DNA of 63,539 bases, counting the filler, from Folioceros fuciformis (Eukaryota), in the NCBI GenBank assembly GCA_049999805.1. It is 13 parts of 13 records of this genome, joined end to end, with 100 filler letters (N's around TTAATTAATTAA, not from the genome) between each part and the next. Parts side by side here need not be neighbours in the genome. Positions count along the whole stretch, not along the records: positions 1 to 25,898 come from JBNGIO010004480.1; 12 more parts are not named here. One strand, 5' to 3'. How positions within the stretch are numbered: position 1 is the first letter of the stretch; each line of letters begins with the position of its first letter. Shown here in pieces: positions 1 to 10,673 of this stretch. The notes under the pieces were generated by a model. The model was given only the letters and a program-made list of their open reading frames with translations, did no database searches and was not told where the DNA came from. The position numbers and the translations under genes are program-made.

Positions 1-2
1 AC

Positions 3-551
3 CAAAAACCATTAGGGTTGATGAGTATGCTAATTAATATGTTTTCTTGTGAGGGGGACTGGGTGGTTGATGCATGCGCTGGCTCAGGATATCTTCTCCA
101 AAGTGCATTTCAACATGGAAGGCATGCGGTGGCTATCGATGTGGATGTCAGGTGCACTTCATATATTATGCAGCGGATTATCGGGCTAGGGTCTTTGCCT
201 GACGTAGATGAGGAGATTACGACAGAGTTTTTTATGCGAGGCCCGTCAAAGTTTTGGGCGAAGAAAGTGTGCGGTGATGGGACCGTGGACCGCAAACTGA
301 TGGTGTTCAGTATGTTGGGCAAGAAAGGAGAGGTCATATCCCAGATTGATAATAGGCCTGCGGAAGACCTTTATGCCATCACTGTCTGGGATGAGAATTA
401 TACTTTGCCGCCCCAAACTACAGAGGACCCCAACTTCTCGGTGCTACGAGTTGGTGCCAATGACTATGGCGATATAGATGCACTACGGCTGAGAGATTTA
501 GATGTAGTTGTGGACTCCGAAGCCAACCAGGACGACCCTGTTTTTGTTTGA
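3..551 (+). CDS. C-terminal part of a prokaryote-type beta-class (permuted) amino-DNA methyltransferase (N6_N4_Mtase-like), 5'-truncated by the window edge
   Basis: The frame is open from base 3: QKPLGLMSMLINMFSCEGDWVVDACAGSGYLLQSAFQHGRHAVAIDVDVRCTSYIMQRI. This follows the beta-class consensus (HPT)QKPxxLxxxLIxxxSxxGDxVLDPFxGSGTTxxAAxxxGRxxIGIExxxxYxxxxxxRI. About 120 aa of unrecognised tail follow. No intron is visible. The catalytic [DS]PPY motif would lie upstream, outside the window. Confidence 0.75.
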   Translation, partial: QKPLGLMSMLINMFSCEGDWVVDACAGSGYLLQSAFQHGRHAVAIDVDVRCTSYIMQRIIGLGSLPDVDEEITTEFFMRGPSKFWAKKVCGDGTVDRKLMVFSMLGKKGEVISQIDNRPAEDLYAITVWDENYTLPPQTTEDPNFSVLRVGANDYGDIDALRLRDLDVVVDSEANQDDPVFV

Positions 552-864
552 CAATAAACTGGACTTAATTTGAGCTCGTTATAAACTTGAACTTGAAGTA
601 CTTAGAAAAGTTTGTGCGCCGTTTGACCGGCACACCATATGTTTAGGGTTGTGAAATATCAAGTTTTGCGTAGAAGACTCAAACTGTTTATTTCATTAAT
701 TTTGGTTTTATTGACCTTTGCAGTAAAAAGAATATTCGAATACATGTCGGTGGCGTCATTGTTTGTGGTATTAGATCAAAGTTAGATAAGGAGCGTGGAT
801 CACGACGAATGTGAAATGCGCAAAACGGGCTTTGTGCAATCCGCCCGTCTGGGTTAAACAATGT

Positions 865-1530
865 TTAAGGTCCTAGCTTGCCTGCAGCACACTTTTGTTC
901 AAGTTTAGGTCTAGTGAATAGATTCCAATCATTCAAACTACCTGCCCATTCGAAGTCATAATCCCACACTAAGCAATTTGCAATCACTGTTAATTGAAGA
1001 AGTTGAGAATAGAAGCCTTTCCTGTTATAGTAGTCACCCTTGTTTTTGCAAGGTCCAATAATGGGAATATGACTCCCGTCTACAGCTCCAATCACATACG
1101 GAATCCCTTGCAGTTCACGAAACTCAGATGCATATTCAACCATTTTGCTCTTTGTAGGCCACATGATACATGTATCATGCAACTTACAAACAAGTGCTCT
1201 ACAAAACTCCAAAGTAGCCTTATCAACTGCAGATGTGCTATGTCCATAACAGTCGGCAAGTGTATTGAGAGTGTCTCTAGTTGCTAGCCTCCTTAGTGCC
1301 ATGGCAATTCTTGCATCCACAGGAACGGCTTTTTGGAATGCGGTGTCTTTTTTGTGCAGCAAAGGGCCAATTTCAGCACACAAATACTGGAAAGTGGCTT
1401 TGCTCACTCGACAACAATGCCTAAACATTTCATATGTGTAAGACCCAAGAAGGGATTGATCTGTGAAACCATGGTTTCGTTTCACACACCATGTTGACCG
1501 TCATTTTCTTTGTCTCCCACTAGACCCTAG
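865..1530 (-). pseudogene. Truncated PIF/Harbinger DDE transposase (HARBI1/ALP1-like)
   Basis: FRHCCRVSKATFQYLC, RIAMALRRLAT, GIPYVIGAVDGSHIPI (first catalytic Asp), DYYNRKGFYS and WAGSLND are present. The ORF stops at GKLGP*, just before the expected GDxxY motif. There is also an in-frame stop upstream of W-x-VKR. Confidence 0.85.
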
Positions 1531-1699
1531 CAATTCCTAATGCAAAGCCACTGCTGCAGTAGATATGAATGTCCGTAGGGAAGATGAACAAATCTCGAGA
1601 GCACACAACACACTTAGGGCTAATAAAATCTTCTCTCTACAGCCATTCTACAGCGTTGCCAATTCCGTGTCCTCATGGCTATCCAAGTCCATCACTGCA

Positions 1700-1968
1700 G
1701 GAATTTGGAGAGCCATCTCACTGTCCTCCCCTTCCATGTAGGAGCCTTCTCGATGCTCATTCTGCAGCGTNNNNNNNNNNAGGAATTTGGAGAGCCATCT
1801 CATGCTCCTCCCCTTCCATGTAGGAGCTTTCTCGACATTGTGGCCTCAACCCTAAATTGGTCTACCAGTGAGAATGATTGTGAAGGTAGCGGGGGAGGAG
1901 CTTTCTCGAAGTTGTGGCCTCAACCCTAAATTGGTCTACCAACGAGAATGATTGTGAAGGTAGCGGGG
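1700..1968. repeat. Two short direct duplications (~50-70 bp) around a 10-N gap
   Basis: GGAATTTGGAGAGCCATCTCA...CCCTTCCATGTAGGAGC occurs twice, and GTGGCCTCAACCCTAAATTGGTCTACC...GAAGGTAGCGGGG occurs twice. Confidence 0.8.
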
Positions 1969-2787
1969 ACGAGCACGGTTGAGTGGCAAGCTTGTTCACA
2001 GCTCGTAATTACGAAATTATAACAAGTTTACCATAAAGAGGTGCTGCAAAGACGAGATGTAAATACCTCCCCATGAACCGTGATGCTGGGAACAGGATGT
2101 CAGAAAATAGAGTTCGACCGGTCAAGTGTACAACCACATCTCTATAAAATCCTTGTCACCATGTGTTAGAGTCATAACTGGCCAGTGAGCAGTGCTTCGT
2201 GGTACTGACAGCCCGGTCACAGTGTAAACCGAGCCTCAGCTCTTAGCCTGCGCCTGTGCTTGACGACACATGACCCACTCACCGATTCCCATGAATTCAT
2301 CTCCCAGAAATCCGCCAGCCCCTAAACCTCACGTGAAGTTTATTACCTGCTTCTCGAGAGGCGTGCAAGATTTGTTGTTACGCACCCAGCAACAGGCTCC
2401 GCTCCACAAGCTAGTTTTCAATCCATCGTCGGTTTGTTGGCCTGGTTCGCACCAAACTCGTCCCCTACGTACATTCCTGTTGTATACATATCTACAGATC
2501 TATATGTACTTCGGTTTGAATACTTTACTTTTAGTTTTCGTATTCTCCAAGCTGTACTTCGCTGTGTTGAATACTTTAGTATTCTCCAAGCTCCACTTCT
2601 GCGGCGAAGTGCATTCATGGGCTATGGAGTTTGATTGGGCCTTTGCTCTTGAGGCTCTTGGGGCCCTTGCTCTTGAGGCTCTTGGTCGATCATAAATGCA
2701 AGTGTGATCTTTACTTCCTTTAGTCTTCCCCCTCACCACGACGGTTCTCAAAGCACATACCAATAGTGATCTTAAGCATAGTCCTGA

Positions 2788-2962
2788 CTTCCACCTCATG
2801 ATCAACTATTGTTTTCACAGTCACAGCTTCCTCACTACAAGTGATCAACTATTACCTCCACTTCCACTCACTACAAGTGATCAACTATTATCTCCACAAA
2901 CACAGCTTCCACTCACTGTAGGTGATCAACTATGATCTCCACAATCATAGCTTTTACTCACT
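2788..2962. repeat. Subterminal tandem repeat (~35-45 bp unit, ~4 copies) inside the MULE
   Basis: CTTCCACTCACTACAAGTGATCAACTATTATCTCCACAA-like units recur. Confidence 0.75.
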
Positions 2963-3432
2963 AGACCGCTTCTGGAATTCTCTGTCTCACAATTAAGCAT
3001 GCTCAGCTCCATGGCCTACAACCTGCTATGCAAAAGTTCTCAGTCTCTTCTATGGCGAACACTTCCAAGCCTTACTTAAGGACTGGCCAACAATTTCTTA
3101 AGCAATATTTCTCCCAAAATGCCTTTCCTTCTTGTTCGAATTGTCTACTCCAATTTTACCTCTTGCTTAGAGTACTTCCCTCTAAATGCTAATGCCCAAT
3201 TCAAGTTCTCTTTACAAAGCAAACCTAAGGAAGGATGCTGCAAGTTTTCAAAACCCAAGATATGTTCATGGGTGCATATTGGTGAGAAGCCCATTTGAAG
3301 TAGATGTGAAGAAAAGATACTCGTATTGGACAAGAATGGTCAGCAAAAAATACTGCAAGTGTATCAAACCTATTGCTCCATGAAATTGAAAATTGGACTT
3401 CCCAAAGCAATGCAGTCATTGTAGAAACGGCA

Positions 3433-3590
3433 CACTTGAGATCGGGGTTGCTAAAGACCCTTGAACTTGGAGATGGGGTTGTTGAAGACCTGTGAACTTG
3501 AGATCGGAGTTGCTGAAGACCCTTGAATTGAGATCAGGGTTGCTGAATACCCTTGAACTTGTGATGGGGTCGCTGAACACCCTTGAGATC
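3433..3590. repeat. Subterminal tandem repeat (~29-30 bp unit, ~5 copies) inside the MULE
   Basis: CTTGAGATCGGGGTTGCTGAAGACCCTTGAA-like units recur. Confidence 0.8.
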
Positions 3591-4351
3591 CATAACACTC
3601 ATAAGGAAGACCTACTGTAAAGGCCCCTATTCCTCGCATGTAACGAAAAATCACGCTTGCGTTTACGATCTACCAACTGAAAAACAAAAGCCCATTCAAA
3701 CTCTATAGCCCGCGAATGCACTTCTCGGTGGAAGTGGAGCTTGGAGAATATGAAACATACGTATCTATACATATGTATACCACAGGAATGTATGTAGGGA
3801 CGAGTTTGGTGCGAACCGGGCCAACAAACCGGCGATGGATTGAAAACTAGCCGGTGGAGCGGAGCCGGTGGCCGGGCGCGTAACGACGAATCCTGCACGC
3901 CTCTCCAGAAGCCGGTAATAAACTTCGGGTGAGGTTTAGGCGCTGGGCAGAAATCCATTCATACTCTCCTCCGTGCACGCCTGAAACAAGGACAGGGAAA
4001 CTCTATGCAGTCATGCTGTGGAGAAATTTTGCGCAAAAAACAGAGCATCGTCCACAATACATAACAAAGCGAATGCTTGGGCATTAAGAATTACGTAGTA
4101 CGTATGGAGTATGAATACACCAATCCTTCCACGTTACACTCAATTGGCCTTCGGATCTGAAAAAATCCAGAGGGCGTAGGCCATCATCACCCAATCCATA
4201 ATAGAAACATCCAACAGCACAGGCCAATCGTGGCAGAAGTGACTGGCTTGACTAGCCAAATAAAAGAGCTTCCGGCAAGCACAGAAGCCTCGGTGGAGTC
4301 CATCTGCTCTTCATTAATAAGCAAGATGCACAAACGCCAAGGCTCGTATGG

Positions 4352-6910
4352 TCAAGGTCCATGGCTAGATGGCGAAAATGGGTTTAGATTGTGCAGTTGT
4401 GTTTGGATTTTCTGCAGGGGCACAAGAAGATGATGCCTTGAATGTTCTCGAGGTGTAAAATTCCCTGCCATGGCGTCCAGCTTATTGATGATCTCCGTAA
4501 AGGGAGGTCTCTCCGCAGCAGATTGTTTCCAACAACATTCAATTAGCCTGCAGTCACACAGAAGCACAAGTTACGGGATCCACCACGCACGAAAGGGGGA
4601 GAGAGGCCCGGTAGCGACAATGGACAAACATGACGACCACAGCACAGCTCGACATACTCTTTCATGTGCTCTGGGTAGTCCGCCTTGAAAGTAGGGCGTT
4701 GGCCAAATTTAGCCACAATTCTCGCTGCGTCGTAGGGGTCCACGTGTTCAAACGGAGGATGCCCTTCGAACATCTGCTCGACCAAAACCATCATCTCGGC
4801 TTACATCTCGAGAAAAGAAGTGCTGCCTTCAACCAGGGAGTGGCAACAATGCCATGGAAAATACCTCATACAGAATCATTGCAAAAGAGAACACATCCAC
4901 TTTAGAGTCATACTGTGCGTGCTCGAAGACTTCAGGGGCCATGTAACGATCTGTTTCATCATCGACACGCCATAACCATACGAAGCAAGGCGACAGTCCA
5001 CTGGCAATGCCAAATTCAATGTGTGTAGAAATGCTTACAGCTGCCTGTCTCCCCAGTTAATTTATACATGTCATGAAGAGATGTAGTCTGCACAAGCTTG
5101 CTCAGGCCAAAGTCTCCCACCTTGAGAAGATCACCATCTCCTACTAGAATGTTTCTGAACGAAGGTACGCAAAAGTAAGGCATATGCAACATTTCCCAGT
5201 ACCAGATTCCAGAAGCTCAAACCTTTAGCGACGACAAATTTTCAACAGAGGTCAACTTCTTTACTGTTGTAAAGCAATCACCTGGGCTTAAGATCCCGAT
5301 GAATGATGACACCCTTCGTCCCACTGTGCAAATAAGCAATGCCCCTGCAAACAGTTATGCGTTTGCATGTCATGCAACAAGATGTCATACAGCGAGCACT
5401 GACAGTATAACTCACAGTCCCGAATGCAGAACTGAGAGTCCATACCGAGCCATGTCAAGCGCAAAATGGATAGCATGGGATGTCTTTAGAGGATATCTCT
5501 CCTTCAGTACTCGGTGCAGATCTCCCTTGAATAAGAAGAAAACAAAAGATGGGATCTCATTTTCTGAGCTACATCAGATTCCAAGGACAATTCCAGCCTG
5601 TCACACAATGTGAAACTCAGAGTTGATAAGGACTGCTGGAGTACCCCAGAGAGATATTCAGTGACCAATAAGAGTGGCTTCTCTTTGGTGACAGCACCCA
5701 AAAACTGGACACAATTTGGATGACGAATGCGCACAAGCAAATTAACTTCGTGGCAGAAGTCCGTTCTGGTATAGCAACGGTGCTCCATAAGCAACAGTTG
5801 AAAAGCAGCCAATCCAAAGGGTGAAACACCGTATTGTGAAACAGGTATCAACCCCAAATGCTGACACTCTAATGCCACAAGGTTGCACGAATCCTCATAC
5901 TGGACCCACAAGAGCTAGAAACAAAACAGCAGGCAGGGATTAACTTCCGCTGCTTCAACTCTTCCAAATACTTGGTACAGACACCGTGGACAGGAAAAGA
6001 TGCTCACACAACCAACTCATCGTTGGACAAAGCTGGCAAGATTTTCTTTACGGCCACTGGTGTGCCCCTCCACGTTGCTTTCCTAATTTCTCCAAAAGAA
6101 CCCTGCAAACCGTATCAAACGGAGCAACCTCAAGGCACAGTCCTGCAAAGCTCTGAGTACGGCGGTCCGACCGAAGTACTAACGCACTCTAAACAACGTT
6201 CTGACCTTGCCAATGAGCTCGCTGACACTGAGGTCAATCTCTTTGGGATCGATTTCCCAGTCTGCTCGATGCGGCTTCGGAGGCACGGCCTTAATCCCCT
6301 GGTTATCAGCATACTTGCCCTTCAGCAACCACCAGGCACTCCATCAGCTGCAACAGCACGTACATAGATTGCAAACCTCTACCAATAAGCAAGACAAGCA
6401 AGTCCGATACCAGCCAACAGCGGCCACAACAACAATGCAAAGTAACATCACACTGACAATGACAGCTGCCCTACCCCAAGATCCTTCCCGCCATGTCTCT
6501 CCAAAAGTCGTCTCACGTCCTCCTTCTCATTCTCGATCGCATCATGCAATGGCTGACAAACCACGGATCAGAAACACATTCAACATCCCGGCGACCCATC
6601 AAGCTCAGGAAATGCCCCTGACCGCAGCCCACGTCAAATACCTACGTACCGAGTTCTTCCTGCGATCTAACTCGTTTACCGCAGCCCCATGCCGAAGTAG
6701 AACCTCAGCTGACCGCACATGCCCGTGCGATGCTGCCACATGCAGGGCTGTGCGGCCATCGTAGTCTTTGTCATTCACCAGCTCTTTGTTTTCGATCAGG
6801 AGCTGTTCAAGAGCACTAGTCTGATCGTGCGTTACAGCCCAGAGTAGCTTGCTCACACCCACGGAATGGGAGGCCTCTTTCGACCGCTGACCACCAACAT
6901 TTGCGCTCAT
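4352..6910 (-). CDS. VIK: Ankyrin-repeat Raf-like protein kinase (VIK/BHP, integrin-linked-kinase family), multi-exon
   Basis: Exons encode DYDGRTALHVAASHG and PLHDAIEN (ankyrin repeats), then DWEIDPKEIDLS...IGKGSFGEIRKATWRGTPVAVK, HEVNLLVRIRHPNCVQFLGAVT, HRDLKP, KVGDFGLSKL, ETGSYRYMAPE and KVDVFSFAMILYEMFEG. Introns are GT-AG. ATG at 6910, stop at 4352. Confidence 0.9.
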
Positions 6911-7363
6911 TGTGATCACCCGGTGCACCAACGACAGGTGTAGCCAAGAGCGAAACCCTGGGATCCCAGCAGCTGCTCGCACTTCCCGCAACTCTGACAC
7001 TTGTCCCGCTACTGCAAACGCCCAGCACAAGAGATACGTAGTTCCCAGCGTTTAAATACGCGAGTCCACTACGGTCCGACTGACCGAGCACACCCAATCC
7101 CCTTCAATGCGAACCGGAAGACCGCAGGACCAGGCCCACAAGATCGGATTCTCACCGTGTAATATCACACCGACGCCCAGAGGCACAGGGGCACCAGAGT
7201 GTAGCGAAGTCGGGGTTGGATTTGAGGCCTGAAATAGCCGGACAAGGAAGAACCTGGGTGTGTGGCCTTGCCTAGCTGGGAGCGAGCGTAGCAGTTTCCT
7301 ACGTTGTTCTGCTTGGCTGCACAGAGACGCGGGTTCAGGTGGGTCTTGCTGGGGTGTTTCCAG

Positions 7364-9713
7364 ATGGCAGCAACATTCCGGCGCACCACCTCGGCTTGCA
7401 GGTTTGTTGGGATTCTGCCGATTGCTGCTGCCCAGGGTGGGGACTCGCCCGGATTTGCTCACGGTGCTGCGTCGCACGGCTGGTTGTGTGTGAACCAGTC
7501 ATGGCCGAGATGCATCTCTGTTCAAGCCTTCCCAGTCGGAAGTTGATCTCTACCAGCAGAACGTGGAGGACCTGCTGGCCGATACCCCCTCGGATAATGA
7601 TGGGTCGCCGGAGAGTAGAGTCATGCTGTATCCTTGCTTCTTGCATGGCCTGCCTGGGTTCATGCTGAGACTGTGCGTGTGCAGTCTAGGCGCCTTCTTT
7701 TTTTTCCGTGGCGCACAGGTGGATGGGATTGCCTTAACACCCTTACTTCAGACGTGATCTTCTGAACATCAGCCCGGTTTTGAACGAAGCTGCCAGCGCG
7801 ATCATAGATGTAGGCCTCACAGTATGACGCCTTGCCACCTCTGCGGACCGTGGCTGTGCGTGACGAGATGTGTCTAATCTAATTCGGCTCCCAACTTCTG
7901 GCAGGATTCGTTTACAAGATGTTTCAAGTCGAATCCACCAGAACCATGGAATTGGAACGTATACCTGTTTCCTCTATGGTGTCTGGGTGTGGTTGTGAGA
8001 TATGCAGTTCTTTTCCCAATCAGGTACTTGTCCGAGTGAACCAGGCTTCTATTTGAAGCGTTGAGATGGCACTCGACAGCAGCGACTGATACCAGTCATC
8101 CTTCAGACTGTGTCTTCTTGCAGTTGGCTGGGTAATCTTCCTTGCACTCTTCACGGGTGTACATTTTGCTCTGAAGGGTCGTGACAGGCTACGGAAGAAG
8201 CTGGAGGTCAGTATGATGGCATATCGTGCAGGCTTTTATTGATTTTCCTGGAGATGATGGATTTCGAGGCTCTCCCGATGGGGTTTCGTATCTCTGAACG
8301 CTGCTTTTGTTCTAGTGCATACAGAGAGGTTTAGTAGAGTTCATGTGCAGCGTTTTCGTTGCGTCATGGACTGGGGTGATTAGATACCATGGCCCACGAC
8401 CAAGCCGGCGAGCAAAGCAGGTGCAAATATTTGTTGAGTTAGTGTGATGAAGGACCCTAGACTAGTATGATCACCGTATATTTCTTGTTCTAACGGCTGT
8501 CAAATGAATATTGCGTGAAGGCAGGTGTTTGTGGCGAACCACACGTCCATGATTGACTTCATAGTTCTGGAGCAGATCACTGCATTTGCAGTTATCATGC
8601 AAAAGCATCCTGGCTGGGTTGGTAAGCAGCTGGTCGTTGGAAAGTTAAATGCACTCGACAGGGTGGGATCGGTTCACATGTCCATTCTTGACTATTACCG
8701 CAGGTTTGTTGCAAACCACGGTGCTCGAAAGCTTAGGATGCATATGGTTCAACAGGACTGAGTCCAAGGATCGATTGATAGTCGCTCGGAAGTAAGAGTA
8801 GGACATTGTGGGATCTGTTGCCCTTCTCATGTGTAGGAGGTTTACTTATGATCTTGATGGTGTTCTATCATTCTTGCAGACTGAGGTCCCACGTAGAAGA
8901 CCCGGAAAGTAATCCTCTGCTCATCTTTCCAGAAGGGACCTGTGTTAACAACGAGTACACAGTGATGTTCAAAAAGGTAGGGCACGGGCATGTACACGAT
9001 AACCATGACTTGTTCATTCATCACCCACCGTTCCCCTGTTCATGAGGTCATGTTGATGATTTGCAGCTAACTGACTCGGCCTTGTGAATCAGGGCGCGTT
9101 TGAGCTTGACTGCACTGTGTGCCCCATAGCAATCAAGTACAACAAGATCTTTGTGGATGCGTTTTGGAACAGCAAGAAGTAAGGAAAAGCGCTAGGATTT
9201 CCCTGCATGTCTAATGGGTGCGGTTGAAGTCTGTTCGATGTCCAACGAATCCTTCTTGCCTGATTTGCAGACAATCTTTCACCATGTACCTACTACGGTT
9301 GATGACATCATGGGCTGTAGTTTGTGATGTGTGGTACCTTGAACCACAAACTTTGCGACCCGGAGAATCAGCTATTGATTTTGCAGAAAGGTGGAGCGTC
9401 TGGTTTACTTGCTGCTGGCTAGGTGCATTTTTTCCTTGATCCTAACGAAGTCGGTTCCGTACAGAGTGCGTGATCTGATAGCCAAGAGAGCGGGAGTGAA
9501 AAAGGTGCCTTGGGATGGCTACTTGAAATACTACCGACCAAGTCCCAAACTCACAGAAAAGAAGTACGAGTTGTCTGGTTTGCATCCCTTGCTTATGATT
9601 GATTATGTCTGCTACCCCTGTCGTAACTGACACTTCTGTTCACGGCCCTTTGCAGGCAACTGAAATTCTCTGAGGCTGTGCTCAGACGATTAACGACAAA
9701 TGACAAGTCCTAG
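7364..9713 (+). CDS. GPAT9: Glycerol-3-phosphate acyltransferase 9, multi-exon
   Basis: Spliced exons give MAATFRRTTSAC..SQSEVDL, LRDLLNISPVLNEAASAIID, DSFTRCFKSNPPEPWNWNVYLFPLW, VANHTSMIDF (HxxxxD), NPLLIFPEGTCVNNEY, IKYNKIFVDAFWNSK and KVPWDGYLKYYRPSP. Stop TAG at 9711-9713. Confidence 0.95.
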
Positions 9714-9915
9714 ACTCGGTGTTCCTTGCAGACCTTTACCAGCTACAATTTTAGACTCCCAAGCTTTCCCAGGTGACAATACTGCTGATAATGCGATATC
9801 TCCGCTGCCGATTTCTGACTGTTGATTCTGTTCCTTTTCTGTGGGAATCAACATTGTAAGATAAAAGTTCAGGAAAAGGTTTCGTGCCTGCCTGGTTGAT
9901 CTCTGTCTTGGGCGG

Positions 9916-10057
9916 TCTGTTGCTAAGAGTTGATTTTTCCTCTGCTCGCACGGCATCTCTGTTGCTAGGAGTTGATTTTTCCTCTGCTCGCACGGCATCT
10001 NNNNNNNNNNCATCTCTGTTGCTAGGAGTTGATTTTTCCTCTGCTCGCACGGCATCT
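9916..10057. repeat. ~42-bp tandem repeat (at least 3 copies, with a gap) downstream of GPAT9
   Basis: TCTGTTGCTAGGAGTTGATTTTTCCTCTGCTCGCACGGCATC is repeated. Confidence 0.85.
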
Positions 10058-10673
10058 GGGTTCCCTACGTTTCGCACACGGGAACAGTATACAGCGACAT
10101 GCTTGCGTGGTGGAATACTCCATGAACCAAACACTAACATTCCGTAACGAAAGTTATGTCTCATGGTGTCCTAGCGTCTTTCTTGCAGTGGACTCCGCTG
10201 CCTTCCCATCCGCTGTCGAGGATGGTGCTGAAGAGTGGCCACATCCTGGCGCTAACAGGAACATCCAAGGAAGGATTGTGGTGTCAAAAATGGTCATCGC
10301 GGAATGAGCATGAGCTCGATGAAGCGTTCAAGAACCAGAAAAACAAAACTTGGTTTCAAAGTGCTCGCATATCATCGGCGCCGAGTAGTATCGCGAAAGT
10401 CACAAAAAATTCGCGACGTTGGGAATTGGGAACTCTGCCATCGGCATCCACGACCACTCCCGCCCTGTCCCTGTGGAAGCCCGTGACAGACGTGCGGAGT
10501 GATGAATGAGTTCCCTACATCCCAGATCCATCGGTGAGTGAGTGTTCTGCTCTGGCTCTCTACTCGTATAGTAAGCAAGGAAGGAAGACCATCTTCTTAC
10601 ATCAATGCCGCTGGCCCTGTGTTGATGAAAAAAAGAAAAGAATAGTTAAGATGCCTACCTCTTGTCGTAGAAA

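Larger units (their letters stand above)
2314..3947. mobile_element. Non-autonomous Mutator-like (MULE) DNA transposon with ~270-330 bp terminal inverted repeats and a 9-bp TSD
   Basis: The left end GCCAGCCCCTAAACCTCAC matches the reverse complement of the right end, CCCAGCGCCTAAACCTCAC. Homology runs ~2314-2650 against ~3680-3947 and is visible as the near-identical ORFs 2270+ and 3599-. CAGAAATCC flanks both ends (2305-2313 and 3948-3956). Confidence 0.85.

Noticed and set aside
10156-10509. 117-aa ORF with a possible splice acceptor between GPAT9 and DNMT3
   Set aside because: No recognisable domain or further exons; probably overlapping 3' UTR or intergenic sequence.
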